Assembly (NCBI RefSeq): GCF_000400465.1
Contig: NW_008806279.1
Location: 236,107 to 268,106 of the forward strand
Direction: 5' to 3'
Length of the DNA: 32,000 bases
Origin: Wallemia ichthyophaga EXF-994
Taxonomy: Eukaryota; Fungi; Basidiomycota
A program made the position numbers and the translations under genes. Below the pieces are notes generated by a model. That model was not told the DNA's origin, ran no database searches, and was given only the letters and a program-made list of their open reading frames with translations. Below, piece after piece: positions 11,565 to 22,806 of the stretch; the stretch's first letter is position 1, and each line of letters starts with the position of its first letter.

Positions 11565-11622
11565 AACCTCGTTGTCTTTCAATTCCACAGCTCAAAATAT
11601 CCAACAACTTCCAAATTTGGTA

Positions 11623-11927
11623 ATGAGTGCTAGCAGTGGGAGTATTAGTGATAGTAATAGTGATAGCAGTAGTGATAGCAGCAATACAAGCCACTCAACT
11701 GATATCACATCACAACACAGCGTAGACACCACAGACAACACAGACAACACAAACAACGCAGAAACCACAGACACCACAGACACTACAGACACTACAGACA
11801 GACAGCAACTCCCCTACGAAGCTGGCTTTGGCGGCCAACAAGACCTAGAGTGGGTATTTATATCTCATTACGTCGTTTCTAATACAAATTCAGGGATCGT
11901 TATGCTAGCACTAGCGGCGACAACTAG
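11623..11927 (+). CDS. Small acidic S/T/D-rich hypothetical protein (86 aa, 2 exons)
   Basis: ATG at 11623. Intron 11850-11893 (GTGGGT...CTAAT...CAG, 44 nt) gives ...QQLPYEAGFGGQQDLEDRYASTSGDN* with TAG at 11925-11927. Confidence 0.5.
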
Positions 11928-12867
11928 TACACCTTCTCACTCAGCTTGTCCTTGATAGTCAGCTTCCCGTCCCTAACAAAGACCTCCAATTCCATTCTCT
12001 CCTTCACGTATAAGCCATGCACACGCACGACGCTCTTCCTATTGTCCTTGCTGACCATATCTTCAGGCTGTGTGTCTTGTGTATTCTCAACAATCTGTGC
12101 TTCTCCTCGACTTTTCCTCGCCTCATTAACCTCCTCTGTCAGCCTCTTCTCCATTTCCTGCAACTGCTCCTCCTCGCTCATTTCCTTCTTGTTCTTCCTA
12201 TCCGATTTGTACGCTTTACCAACCTGGGCGAGGCTCTTGAGTGCCTCTGAGCGAGTCATGCTGTCCACATCCGGGCTCTTGACGATCGACAGCACCTCCT
12301 CCTGCACAGCGCTCATCCCGCCATACTCTTCCGACACTTTCTTCGCGCTCTTCCCCACCAAGAAGCTCGAAAGCTTGGCAATGTTACCGCTCTGTGACGT
12401 GAAGAACTTGACAGCACCAGCTGATGCGCTCGTTCCAGCAGCAGTGCCACCGGCAGCAGTGCCAGCAGCTGCTCCACTAGCAGCAATAGCCGCTGGGGCG
12501 CCATATCCAACGACTGTAGCGATACTAGCCAGCTGCATTGTGTGTCGTTAGCTTGTGCTCCTTTAACGCCACTCCTCTCCATTCTCCACCCACGCTTATT
12601 ATCCCGATCGTCATGGCCGATTTCGTCGCGCTGTACTGCGAACTCTTCCCTGTGTCCATCTTCACCTCGAGCGTGAACCATACCTGCACATTATGCTAAT
12701 ATGAGCCGTCGTCGTCGTGCCCACACAGGCTTATCACAAACCTTGCCCGGTCGTAGCTTGATCGTGCTCCCGCCTTCAACACTGTTTTCAAAATGCAGCG
12801 CTGCTACGTGCTTCAAACATATGTTCAGCTTGTGTGCCGTTTGATTTGTTATTCGCACTGATGGCAT
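11924..12867 (-). CDS. Conserved-looking fungal hypothetical protein with hydrophobic Ala/Gly-rich segment (3 exons)
   Basis: ATG at 12867. Introns 12741-12684 and 12593-12533 (GT..AG) splice in frame: MPSVRITNQTAHKLNICLKHVAALHFEN...LRPGKVWFTLEVKMD...AMTIGIISLASIATVVGYGAPAAIAASGAAAG... This joins three separately listed ORFs. Confidence 0.75.
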
Positions 12868-13028
12868 ATCGTGGTGTGCGGGGACCAAGTGAATGTGTGC
12901 AGAATAATAAATATGTATGAGCGTTGTTATAAATTAGGATATATTATTAGTTGTGCTATAATAGCTGCCTATGTCTTTTCTTTGTCGTTTTCTTTCTCTG
13001 ATTAACGGGAAATATATTATAAATATCA

Positions 13029-13079
13029 CCTCTTTTCTTTTCTTTTCTTCTTTTCTTCTGTTCTTTTCTTTTCTTCTCC
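13029..13079. repeat. (TTTTC/TTC)n pyrimidine tract (purine-rich on the PUF3 mRNA strand)
   Basis: Directly visible simple repeat just downstream of the PUF3-like stop codon. Confidence 0.8.
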
Positions 13080-13105
13080 ATTCTCCCCTCTTGGCTACGT
13101 CACCT

Positions 13106-15028
13106 CTACACACCCAAATGCTGGCTCAGTAGCCTCTCTATAGCCAGCACATGTTTAGCCGTAGCCGACGACATGTTGTGAATCTGGTTACTTTTGCGTA
13201 TATGTTCGAGTTCCTCGTTGATAGTCTCGATTAGCTGGCCTGCTTGTGCTGACCCAACGACGCTAATAGCGCGCTGAAGGACATAATCTGACGAATGCGT
13301 GTGTAAGAAATGGACTAGGAGGAATACTTAAACTCACTGCCATACTGATCCTTCATTAGAGCAGGTATGCCATCCAAACTAGCCCCACCATCAGATCTAT
13401 CGACCAGTCTATGAATAAGCATCTCCCTATCATTCTCACCCGCTCTAATTAACGCCTTCTCGCAAACATTAGAGGCGAATTTATGTCTAGCGAGTTCAAA
13501 AAAGCGGTGATTAATCTTGACGATAATCCTACTCCTATCCGAATCGTCACCGAATTCGAGTAAATACTGTATGACGTAATTGCCAAACATGTCCACTACC
13601 AGGTTATCAACGTGTTCATGCAGTGCCTCGATTAGACACCTGCTTCTCGCCTGACCAATATGTTCGAAAGATCTCTGCAGGACGCGACACCCGTAAGGAT
13701 GCGAAGCGAGTTCTTTAGCATTCTCCGCAAAAGCGACGGGGAGGCTGAGGAGGCGATCAGGATCAACTTGCTCTATGATGCGCTGTATGACGTGATTGGC
13801 ATTCTGGTCCTGCACCGCGCGCTCTGTCATTTGTTCCATCCGACCCACTATCTCCATCTGCTCCGCCTCTCCTACGCACTCTACAGCCTTCTGAACTACG
13901 CGACATCCGTACATCTGGAAACTTAGCGTGGGAATGTGCTCAGCGATCTGCGCAACGAGACGGCGTCGCTGAGCTGCACTACCGTGCTCGAATAACTTCT
14001 GTATTACATAATTCCCAAACACGTCAGATGATAGCTCGACCGCGTTTGGGAATATTTCCTCAAATACCCGCAGGAATGACTCTGATGGCGCATTATCGAG
14101 CTTCTGCTGTATGAAACGTGATCCGAGTTGGTCGGTGGCGAATTCCGTCACGTAACCGAAAATGTTCTGTATGAGTTAATGTTAGTATTTGTGTTTTAGA
14201 TTAATGAGACATGTTCAAGACATCCCCTATGTCTCCTGTTTCACACTCACATGCAGCTCCGGCTTCGTATGCTTGCCATTGACGCGGAAATCCTCAAGCA
14301 CTGCCGACCTGTTTGTCGACAAGTGCTGATTTGACCTCATGCTCCTCATGCGCGTCTGCGGTGGCTGGTATTGGTGTTGATGTGGGTGTTGGTGTAGTTG
14401 GGGTATTTGCCGTGTTGGTGGCTGCTGGGGCGAGTGCGCATGTGCATACAGGTAATTCTCGTATAGAGGTGCCTGTTGCGAGCCTAGCGTGGGCATGCTA
14501 TGCTTGTGCTGCAGCCCTGGCTGTCTGACAGGATATACATTTGGCGATGATGGCACAAGATAATTGTTTGGTGGCTGCTGTGGTGGTGGTGGTGGTGGTG
14601 GAAGAAATCTTGTAAAATCAGCAAAAGTTGTCGTTGTAGGTGATGGTGATCCGTGGAAGTAGCTGCTGTTGTTGTAGTTATGCTCAAATGCATACGGATC
14701 AAGTGGGTGGTTGGGCAGTGGGAAGTAGGCATACGTAGGAGACGCTTGTGGCTGCTGGGGTGTGATTGGTGGTGGCGGTGGTGGTGGCTGCTGGTTGATG
14801 AACGATGTCGACGCGTAGTGTCTAAGGCCTTTGTGTCCACCACCTTTATTCATATTGAGGTTGCTGCTATCGTTAAATGGCGTCAAAAACTGCTTTGATT
14901 TCTTCTGTTTTGGTATCGTAAATGTGTCATTCACCACCTAACACACCCCCACTCACATGCTTTATTGTGGGCTGGTTGAACATTCTGTTTTCATTATTCA
15001 CCACCGTCGTCGCTGTCGCCGTTGTCAT
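13106..15028 (-). CDS. PUF3: Pumilio/Puf3-type RNA-binding protein with 8 canonical PUF repeats
   Basis: Four exons inferred (ATG 15028 MTTATATT; stop 13106-13108 after KHVLAIERLLSQHLGV). Repeat cores: DQLGSRFIQ, DVFGNYVIQ, QMYGCRVVQ, DQNANHVIQ, HPYGCRVLQ, DMFGNYVIQ, HKFASNVCE, DQYGNYVLQ. P/Q/H-rich N-terminus. Confidence 0.93.
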
Positions 15029-15223
15029 CTCTTTTTTGGTTTCTCGTCGTCGTCGTCGAGGATCCTGCCTAATACGCAGCTCAAGCGTGATGAAATTAGT
15101 CTGAGTGCATTCCAGAGATAATTCTATTTGAATAATTTGAATATTTTTACATTTTTATTCATTTACATTCCAATTCGAGGTATTTCTTTATTCATATCTG
15201 TATCTCTGTCTGCACTATATGTA

Positions 15224-16201
15224 TTACCTGTAGCCTCTGTCACCGCGTGCAGGTGCATATGTTACTGCCGGCCGATCCGGTAATCTTGCAGAACTATTCT
15301 GTCTTGCATTTCTCCCTCCTCTGCCTGAATAATATTGGTGGCTTTGATGGGTTTGATAGCTGTTTCGCGGCTGACGCGGTGGCTGTCGATTGTAATGAGG
15401 GTACTGCGAGTAATGCTGCTTTTCTCCAGTACTTCTCTGTCGATTGTGTTGCGAATGTTGTTGCTTTTCCGCATCTGATCTCTCCATTCGCTCTATCTGC
15501 TTTACTCTTTCTAACTGCCTAATATCCCGCTCGTCACGTTCTTTGTCGCGTTTGTCGCGTTCTCTGCCTTCTTCTCCTGCTTGCTCTCTGGGATTTTCCT
15601 TGGTCGACTCTCCAATTTGCTCTATAGCTTCTTCTCTAGCTTTCCCATTAACTGGCTCTCTATCACTACTGCTCGTATCGCCTGCAGATTGTATCATGAA
15701 TGATAATTCGAGGGGTAGATTATAGAACTAACGTTGTGCTGGGCGTGTTGGTGTTGATTTCGGTGTGGCTGCGTTCGGTGTGGCTGCTTTCGGTGTCACC
15801 GCTGATACCGATGTATGCGACAATCTTCTCCTCTTCTCCCCACTCTCTCCCGCTGCTGATGCTGCCACTCCCGCTCCCACTGCCGGCTGCGTGTACCCAG
15901 GACACCGCCATACAGAAGTGTGATTAAGTGTGTTGTAGAAATAAGGCTCGCCGACGCTCGAAATGCGCAGGATCCAGCCCATATCCAAACGTGGGCCGTC
16001 GAAGGAGAGCATATTGTGATCAGTGGTGGTGGTGGTGTCCTTCTTGTTCTTGGGAGTGTCTGTTGGTGGTAGAGTTACCGCTGATTCTCCTATTGATTCT
16101 CCCACTCCTCCCAACACCTCAGTATCAGAGCCACCCAACGAAATTACATCGCCATCATCCTCTATATCCTCTCCCCAGTCTATAACCTCCTGATCCTGCA
16201 T
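15224..16201 (-). CDS. WW-domain protein with R/E/Q-rich disordered C-terminus
   Basis: ATG at 16201 (MQDQEVIDWGED); WW domain LDMGWILRISSVGEPYFYNTLNHTSVWRCP. A GT-AG intron near 15731-15683 joins the two listed ORFs in frame (PAQR|DTSSSD). Confidence 0.75.
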
Positions 16202-16257
16202 TTTAATCGTCTTGCGTCGTTGCGAACAACAATCACCCGAAGAGGAGAAGATTGCAA

Positions 16258-17106
16258 ATGCTCCCACGACCTATAAATTCTTCGAGCGCTGGTTCCAGCT
16301 CTAAATACAGGCGGAGAAATATTATACGCAGTTTGAGCTATAAATTCAACTTTGATCTAGCCCTCCTCCAGCTCTTCTATTTGACGATATCCCCGAGGAG
16401 GTTTTACCGCCAGCTATACTATCATAAGCGTGAGTGGCTGCTGATTGTGGTGCACCTACTCACCACTCCCCTCAGAGACTAAGAACAGATGGGCGAGAGA
16501 CGATCCAACAATAGCTGTCATCATAGCTGCTACACTCGCAGTCAGCGGTCTTGGCTGGTCCCTTTCCCTGCATTTGGGCTGGCGAGGGTTGTTGAAGCTG
16601 TTGTTCAGGATGCTACTAGTCGACTATGTGCTCATTGGTGGGCTTATATCCACGTGTTTCTGGTATGTCTTGGTTGTTTTGAGCATGCGCAGCACTCAAC
16701 TTATAAAACTTTACAATACAGGCTCTTCGCTAACAAGTTCTTGACCCAAACGCCCACCTATACCACTACCAATTCCCAGTCCATAGAATTCAGGTACGCG
16801 GTCGATGTCCACACCAATGGCTATTTCGTCATTGTCCTCATCATATACCTCATCCAGCTTTTTCTCTACCCGCTGCTAGTGAAGGATGAGTGGATCTGTA
16901 CCTTGTTCGGAAACACGCTGTATGTCGTCGCGTTATTGCACTACGTACACGTTACGTACCTCGGCTACGCTGCCTTGCCGAGTGTGAACAACAGCGAGCT
17001 TATTCTTTTTCTCGCCTCAGTCATTATCGTACTCTACTTAGCGTCTCTCGTTGGCTTCAACGTCTCGAGAGCGTGTCTTTCGTGGTACTTTGGGATGGAT
17101 TTCTGA
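16258..17106 (+). CDS. GMH1: UNC-50/Gmh1 family Golgi membrane protein
   Basis: ATG at 16258. Two introns join FYRQLYYHKQTKNRWARDDP, ...GGLISTCFW|LFANKFL, IEFRYAVDVHTNGYF, LFGNTLY, HYVHVTYLGYAALP. Confidence 0.93.
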
Positions 17107-17418
17107 GCTCTTTAGCTGGAGGTTCTTTGTCAGTCAAATTCTGTAAAATCTCAGCTCGCTTCATCCATATCGCTTTGCATTAATCGTTGGGAAATATGAC
17201 ATTAGAACACTGCCGATGATGCCGAAATAAGCGATATGCGTGTGTGTATTGGAATAACACTGTATTATAACTTTCATCCACACACCAATTCCGAATTATG
17301 CAAATAGCCCAGAAACAGCCAGCAGTTCAATAAGCAGACATACACGCAGACCAAAGAAAACATAATTATCTCCAGGTTTTAAATCCCCAGTATATGTAAG
17401 AAATAAGAAAGGTAACAA

Positions 17419-18027
17419 TTGCAAGAATCCATTAAAATCGACTTTCTTCGTCCACCGTCGACTTATCGTAGTCACTTCATGGTCATCAAAGACATGGAGA
17501 ATGTCGCCAAGATGAACGTCCAATCGACAAGCAATGGCTGGATGTTGTATGAGGGAGCATCGACCAAGGACGCAACAGAGCCACTGTACATAGCTGAAAA
17601 GAGTCCCGAGTGCGACGACGACGACTGTTGCATAAGCTTCACTGATAGGCAGTCAAAATTATTCGCTCGTAGCTCAATGCCAAAGATGCTCGCTTGGCGC
17701 GATAGCGATGTGAAGCTCATCATCCACGATAGAGCCTACTCCCTATCCAAGTTGAGGTGGTGGAAGACACAGCGGAACTTCGTTAGTTGTGAGGGTGTAC
17801 ATTGTGCAATCCTGCGTGTCGTACGAGGCTTCCTTCAGATCGTAAACTCTCACAATAATCACGTACTGGCGACGTTCACTTACTCGCATTGGTCGAGGAA
17901 GAAATTGGGAATTATCCGCCTCTACTCTGCAGAAAACACCTCAGATAGAGATAAAGTACTCTTCGCTTTAATCCTTTCGATAATGGCCAAAGTGGAACAC
18001 CAGCGTCAGCTCGAGGTGGTTTTCTGA
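17419..18027 (+). CDS. Hypothetical protein, tubby-C/LURP-one-like fold suspected; start codon uncertain
   Basis: Open 202-codon frame with alternating beta-strand-like segments ending in a hydrophobic helix (ATFTYSHWSRKKLGIIRL...LFALILSIMAKVEHQR). The listed start is not a clear ATG. Confidence 0.45.
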   Translation: MQESIKIDFLRPPSTYRSHFMVIKDMENVAKMNVQSTSNGWMLYEGASTKDATEPLYIAEKSPECDDDDCCISFTDRQSKLFARSSMPKMLAWRDSDVKLIIHDRAYSLSKLRWWKTQRNFVSCEGVHCAILRVVRGFLQIVNSHNNHVLATFTYSHWSRKKLGIIRLYSAENTSDRDKVLFALILSIMAKVEHQRQLEVVF

Positions 18028-18199
18028 CCTGAGATTGTCAGACGGATGGACAGATGGACAGATATGTATACGTACACACACAACCACATTTCGAACGACT
18101 TTCACTCTTGGATTTCGTAATTTCACTCTATCATGTACCCAAATACCCAATTTTATCAAATATATATCAACAAACTTAAGCTGTAACAAACGCCTCCCT

Positions 18200-20333
18200 C
18201 TAATACGATCTACCAAACAATGCAAATCTCTTGGCTGGCTTCTTGCATGCCACACAGAGAGTCTTACCGTGTTCAATTTTACCGAAACGGTCCTGGTCAT
18301 TGGGAATACAAAGAGACTTGGCGCCTTGCGAAGGCTGCTTCTCATCCTTCTCCCCATCTGATGCCTTCTCCGTACGCTCCTTGATATCCTTTTCACACTC
18401 TACCTCCTCGCACCACGGAATAGCCAGTATCTTCTTTTCGTTCATAGCCTTAACGATTCTGTCAAAGTCCTCCATGACCACTTCGAGCGAGTCATTAAAT
18501 GATGCCTTGGCGGACTCGAACATCATCTTGTAGATCCTGTCGAGCATCTTTGGAATACCGTCCTCCAATTGTGATAATGGCAATGGGTCCTTGTCCTGGT
18601 TAGGGTTTACAGCTCTGCGCACACACAAAGCCTGCTCCTTCTTCATGTCCATAGGGCCGAACTCAATTCTAATTGGCACACCTCTCATCTCCCAGTCGTT
18701 GAATTTCCATCCCGGCGTGTACCCTTCTCTGAGATCGGCCTTTGCGCGTACACCAACTTTAATCAGTCTATCAGCGATGCTCTGGGCGCCTTTCTCGATA
18801 GCGTCTGCATCTTCAGCAGTGGTCTTAGCCGTGATACCGCATGGGACGACAACGACCTGAACCGATGCGACAGGTGGTGGAAGGACTAGACCCTGATCGT
18901 CACCGTGTATCATGACCATCACACCGATAGTGCGAGTAGACAATCCCCACGAATTCTGCCACACATATTTCTTGCCCTCGCCTTCTTTCAGTTGACGACC
19001 TTCTGCTCTAGCCTTCCTTGCAACCTCTGGGTCTTCAACGGTAATATCGAACATTTTGGAGAAGTTTTGTCCAAGGCCATGCGATGTTCCACCCTGAATA
19101 CCTCTACCCGTCGTTGGGATGTATCCTTCGACAGACTTTGTGTAGAAACCTCCAGCGAATTTCTCATTCTCCGACTTGACACCGGGAATGACAGGCACAG
19201 CGAGAAGTTCCTCATAGATACGTCTGTAGCAGTCGAGGATGTAGTCAACCTCTTGCGATGCGCTGTCGTGGTCTATATGCGCCGTGTGTCCTTCTTGCCA
19301 TAAGAACTCACGCGTGCGAAGGAATGGCTGTGGATTTTTGAATTCCCATCTAACGACACTGTTCCATTGGTTAAGTCGCAGTGGAAGATCTCTGTGCGAT
19401 CTGATCCACTTGGCGTAGTATGGATACATGACAGTCTCAGAAGTTGGTCTGATGGCTATTGGCTCGTCTAGATCGGATTCACCTGCTTTCGTCACCCAGG
19501 CTACCTCAGGTGCGAAACCTTCAATGTGATCCTTTTCACGGTTGAGTACGCGTGATGATACGAAGAGTGGGAAGTAGCAGTTCTCCACGCCAATCTTCTG
19601 GATTTCACCATCGAAGAATTTCTGGATAGATTCCCAGATTTTGAAAGACCACGGTTTGAGAATGTAGCAGCCGGATACATCGTAGTAATCTAACATGTCA
19701 CCCTTGAGTAAAACTTGAGTGTACCAGTTGGGGAAATCAACATCTTTGCGAATACCGATTGCAACTTCAGCTGCTCCCTCGATCTTGCCTGCCTGCTTGC
19801 GTTGTTGGGAGGTAGGAGCAGCTGGGGAAGGTGCTGCAGAAGGTGCTGATGCTGTTGGAGATGCTGTGAAATCGAGCTTATCGAATTTTGAGGCATTCGA
19901 CTGCAAAATGTCTGTTAAGGTGTTTGCATCGATCGAAGTGAATTGACCGTCTAGCCCCTTGACTTGGATAGGAGTAGAGAGTTGTGAGAGTGACTGATCA
20001 AGTACGATGTGGCAGTCAGAATCCAAGCTGAATGGTGATGCTGTGTGTGTCGTTGCACCGTTAGCGAGAAGACAAGGAGAAAGCATGGATCGACGACTAA
20101 CCATCGTTTTTAGTTGATTTTAAAACAGAATTCCACAAGGAATCATCTGCTGCTCTCAAATCCTTCAAATTAATCTTCTTTCCAATGTCGCTGGCTGAAG
20201 TTGGTGCATTTGCGTCTGCAAGGACGAGGACAGGGACGGGAGACTTCTTTGACTTGAATAGAAGAGTCTTAGTGGCTGTTGAATCCGCCTGCTTGGACAA
20301 GCTAAGGTTTTTAAATGAATCTGTTAATGTCAT
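18200..20333 (-). CDS. PRS (YHR020W-like): Cytosolic prolyl-tRNA synthetase with N-terminal YbaK-like domain
   Basis: Exon 1 from ATG 20333 (alternative in-frame ATG at 20351), intron 20101-20041, then WYTQVLLKGDMLDYYDVSGCYILKP, IAIRPTSETVMYPYY, LRTREFLWQEGHTAH, QGGTSHGLGQNFSKMF, GAKSLCIP, LFGRSY*. Confidence 0.97.
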
Positions 20334-20778
20334 TTGCAGACGTTTTAGCATGCACTGGCAGAGAAGACAAGCAGACAAAACTAGATATCTAAACTAAGCT
20401 AAAAATTTCATTCTATCAATTTATACAAATGCATTTATCCCTTTAACCTATCCCTGAGTTTCACGAGCATCCACTCAAGGTCAAACGTTGGGAAAAGTTT
20501 TCTTTTGGCGCAAAAAAACAGGACCAGGAATCCAACTAAGTATCAGGATAGCTGGGCAGACATATGCACGCCGATGTGAGTGTAATTGTAGTAACACATG
20601 CATTCTGAAGATTTGTTAGAAAATGATGTTAAATGTTGAAGGGAAATGTGCGCATATTGCCCCGAAAGATGGTTGACTTGGTAGCTCTTAGCCGCAGCTC
20701 GCTCCAAATATGTTGAAAATTTCATCATCTGCGGCACAAATCCTCTTACTGGGAAGGGCAACTCACAGTAACAAGTGC

Positions 20779-20830
20779 TTCAGTGGTGAAGCTGCTGTTG
20801 CTCTTACTGCTAGCTTACTTCACCACTGAA
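20779..20830. repeat. Perfect 13-bp inverted repeat (hairpin) with 26-nt spacer
   Basis: TTCAGTGGTGAAG (20779-20791) and CTTCACCACTGAA (20818-20830). Confidence 0.9.
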
Positions 20831-21177
20831 AACCAAGAAGAAGCACGTGGTGGTTTGAGAACAAGAAGCGCGCAGTGTTTTATAGGGGGGAGTGTCTAGG
20901 GGCACAACTGAAAATGGAAATGAGTTTTGCAAGTGCTGGTGAGTACTGGTGAGTGTATTACAAGCGTGTATGTGCTGTGGCTTCTAAGATATTTATCAAA
21001 CTCATATCAAACGCACAAGCAGTTGGACATCTCCAGTAGGGAAGATGACAGCGACGACAGCGATTTGAATAACCGTCTCCACATCCTATCCAAATCCACG
21101 CCATCACAATCACCATCTCAGAATATTGAGCGATAACGGCTTGGACCAATCCACCCAACCACCCAGCATTATCAATC

Positions 21178-22659
21178 ATGCCCAAGTCTAACAACGAGCT
21201 TCTATTTGCATCTTTAAACCAGGATTACAGGTGAGATGAGATATTTGCATGCATACACAAATTAACACGCCAACACAGCTGCGTCTCTGTCGGGACTACA
21301 AAGGGATACGCTATAGCGAACTGCGAGCCTTTTGGCAGAATCCACGGAAAGAGTGAGCAGCGCCTGTAAAATGCACCCGACACACCCTTCTAATCCTCAA
21401 GCAGACGATGGCGCCACCTCTCTCGTTGAGATGCTCTTCTGCACCTCGCTCATCGCAATCGTAGGCGGTTTGGACAGAAACTCTGACAGAAAGCTACAAA
21501 TTGTCAACACTAAGCGTCAATCCATTATCTGCGACCTATTTTACCCCACAAAGATCCTTGGCGTCAAGCTGAATCGCAAACGCCTAATCGTAATCCTCGA
21601 AAAGGAGATATACATGTACGATGTATCTGTGGGTGGAAAACATGAGCCACTTTCATCCCTCTAATCGCACTCCCAGAACATGAAACTCATCTGGAACTCA
21701 GAAACTTGCCCAAACCCAGACGCTGTCGTTGCGCTGTCGTCTTCCTCTGACCCCTCTTATCTCGTTTATCCGTCACAGTCCCCTTCCACTCAAACCGCCT
21801 CTTCTGCTGCTCCTCCGCCACTGCCTAACGCTAATTCTCACTCTAACAACGGCGACGTCATTATCTTCGACACACTCTCACAACAAGCCGTAAACTTGTT
21901 ATCTGCACACAAGTCTCCCGTCGCTTCCCTGGCTCTCAATAGCTCCTCCTCAATGCTTGCAACTGCTTCCGATAAGGGCACCGTCATTCGCGTCTTTAGT
22001 CTCCCATCCGCCGATAAGCTCTATCAATTCCGACGCGGTTCATACCCAGCCAGAGTCTACTCTATCGCTTTCAATCAGGTCTCTACTCTGCTCGCTGTCA
22101 GCTCGGCTACTGATACCATACACATATTCAAGGTTGGAAGAAGTTTCGACGGTGCTTCCTCCAACAACGACGATATCACCTCTGAGACAAGCGACAGACT
22201 GGCGAACCAGGCTGGAATGCTTGGTGGCTATGAAGCTTTTGTTGATGGCAAGAGGAGGTCTTCACTCGGAACGTATGTGCATAGCTCCTACTCCTCACTG
22301 CCCACTTACTCATCCCACTTCAGGTCCATATCGCAAAAAGGTCTTAGCTTTGGAAAGGCTTTGACTAGTGGTGCTGGTTCCATCTCTAAGCATCTGCCTC
22401 GTGGAGGTGGGTCAGGCTTGTTCATGTGCTCTCTCCTAACACACTTCCAGTCACAGAAATGTGGGAACCGTCTCGTGACTTTGCATTCGCAAAGCTGCCA
22501 GAAAGGGGCGTAGAGACGCGCGTTGGTTTATCCTCAACCCTTCCTCAACTAATGGTAGTCTCTTCTCAAGGACTCTTCTACTCATATTCGATAGATCTCG
22601 AGAATGGAGGTGAATGTACGCTAATTAAGCAGTACAATCTCCTCGACAGTATGGAGTGA
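21178..22659 (+). CDS. ATG18: Autophagy PROPPIN Atg18 (WD40, phosphoinositide-binding)
   Basis: ATG at 21178 ([17 protein letters not shown]). Multiple short introns. [51 protein letters not shown] (FRRG motif), [24 protein letters not shown]. Confidence 0.96.
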
Positions 22660-22806
22660 GAGTGTAATCGCATGGATGGAATCTATAGCTATCACTATCC
22701 ACCTTTCCACGTCTCGTTCAAAATCACTTGTCTTCTTGTATACCCTCACAACCGCGAATTAACACAGCAATTACATTAATAATAAGTTATAAACAAAGAT
22801 TATCAA

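Noticed and set aside
17107-17418. Possible tRNA or snoRNA between GMH1 and the LURP-like gene
   Set aside because: No cloverleaf, A/B boxes, or paired C/D boxes found.
20333-20378. Dual cytosolic/mitochondrial targeting of ProRS via the upstream ATG at 20351
   Set aside because: The extension is only 6 aa (MLKRLQ), too short for a convincing presequence, and fungi usually have a separate mitochondrial ProRS.
20452-20480. TPP riboswitch suggested by CTGAG in a small hairpin
   Set aside because: Other TPP core motifs (CCTGA/P4-P5 region) are absent, and neighbouring genes are unrelated to thiamine.
20543-20555. Second rRNA-antisense match (GCTATCCTGA) next to a CTGA
   Set aside because: Only about 10 nt match the fungal LSU as recalled, and the match includes the putative D box itself. 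Consistent with chance.
20691-20735. SECIS element or canonical K-turn reading of the GC stem plus ATGA
   Set aside because: The helix II region is too short for a SECIS, and the GA register is offset by 2 nt for a K-turn. Sec machinery is not expected in basidiomycetes.
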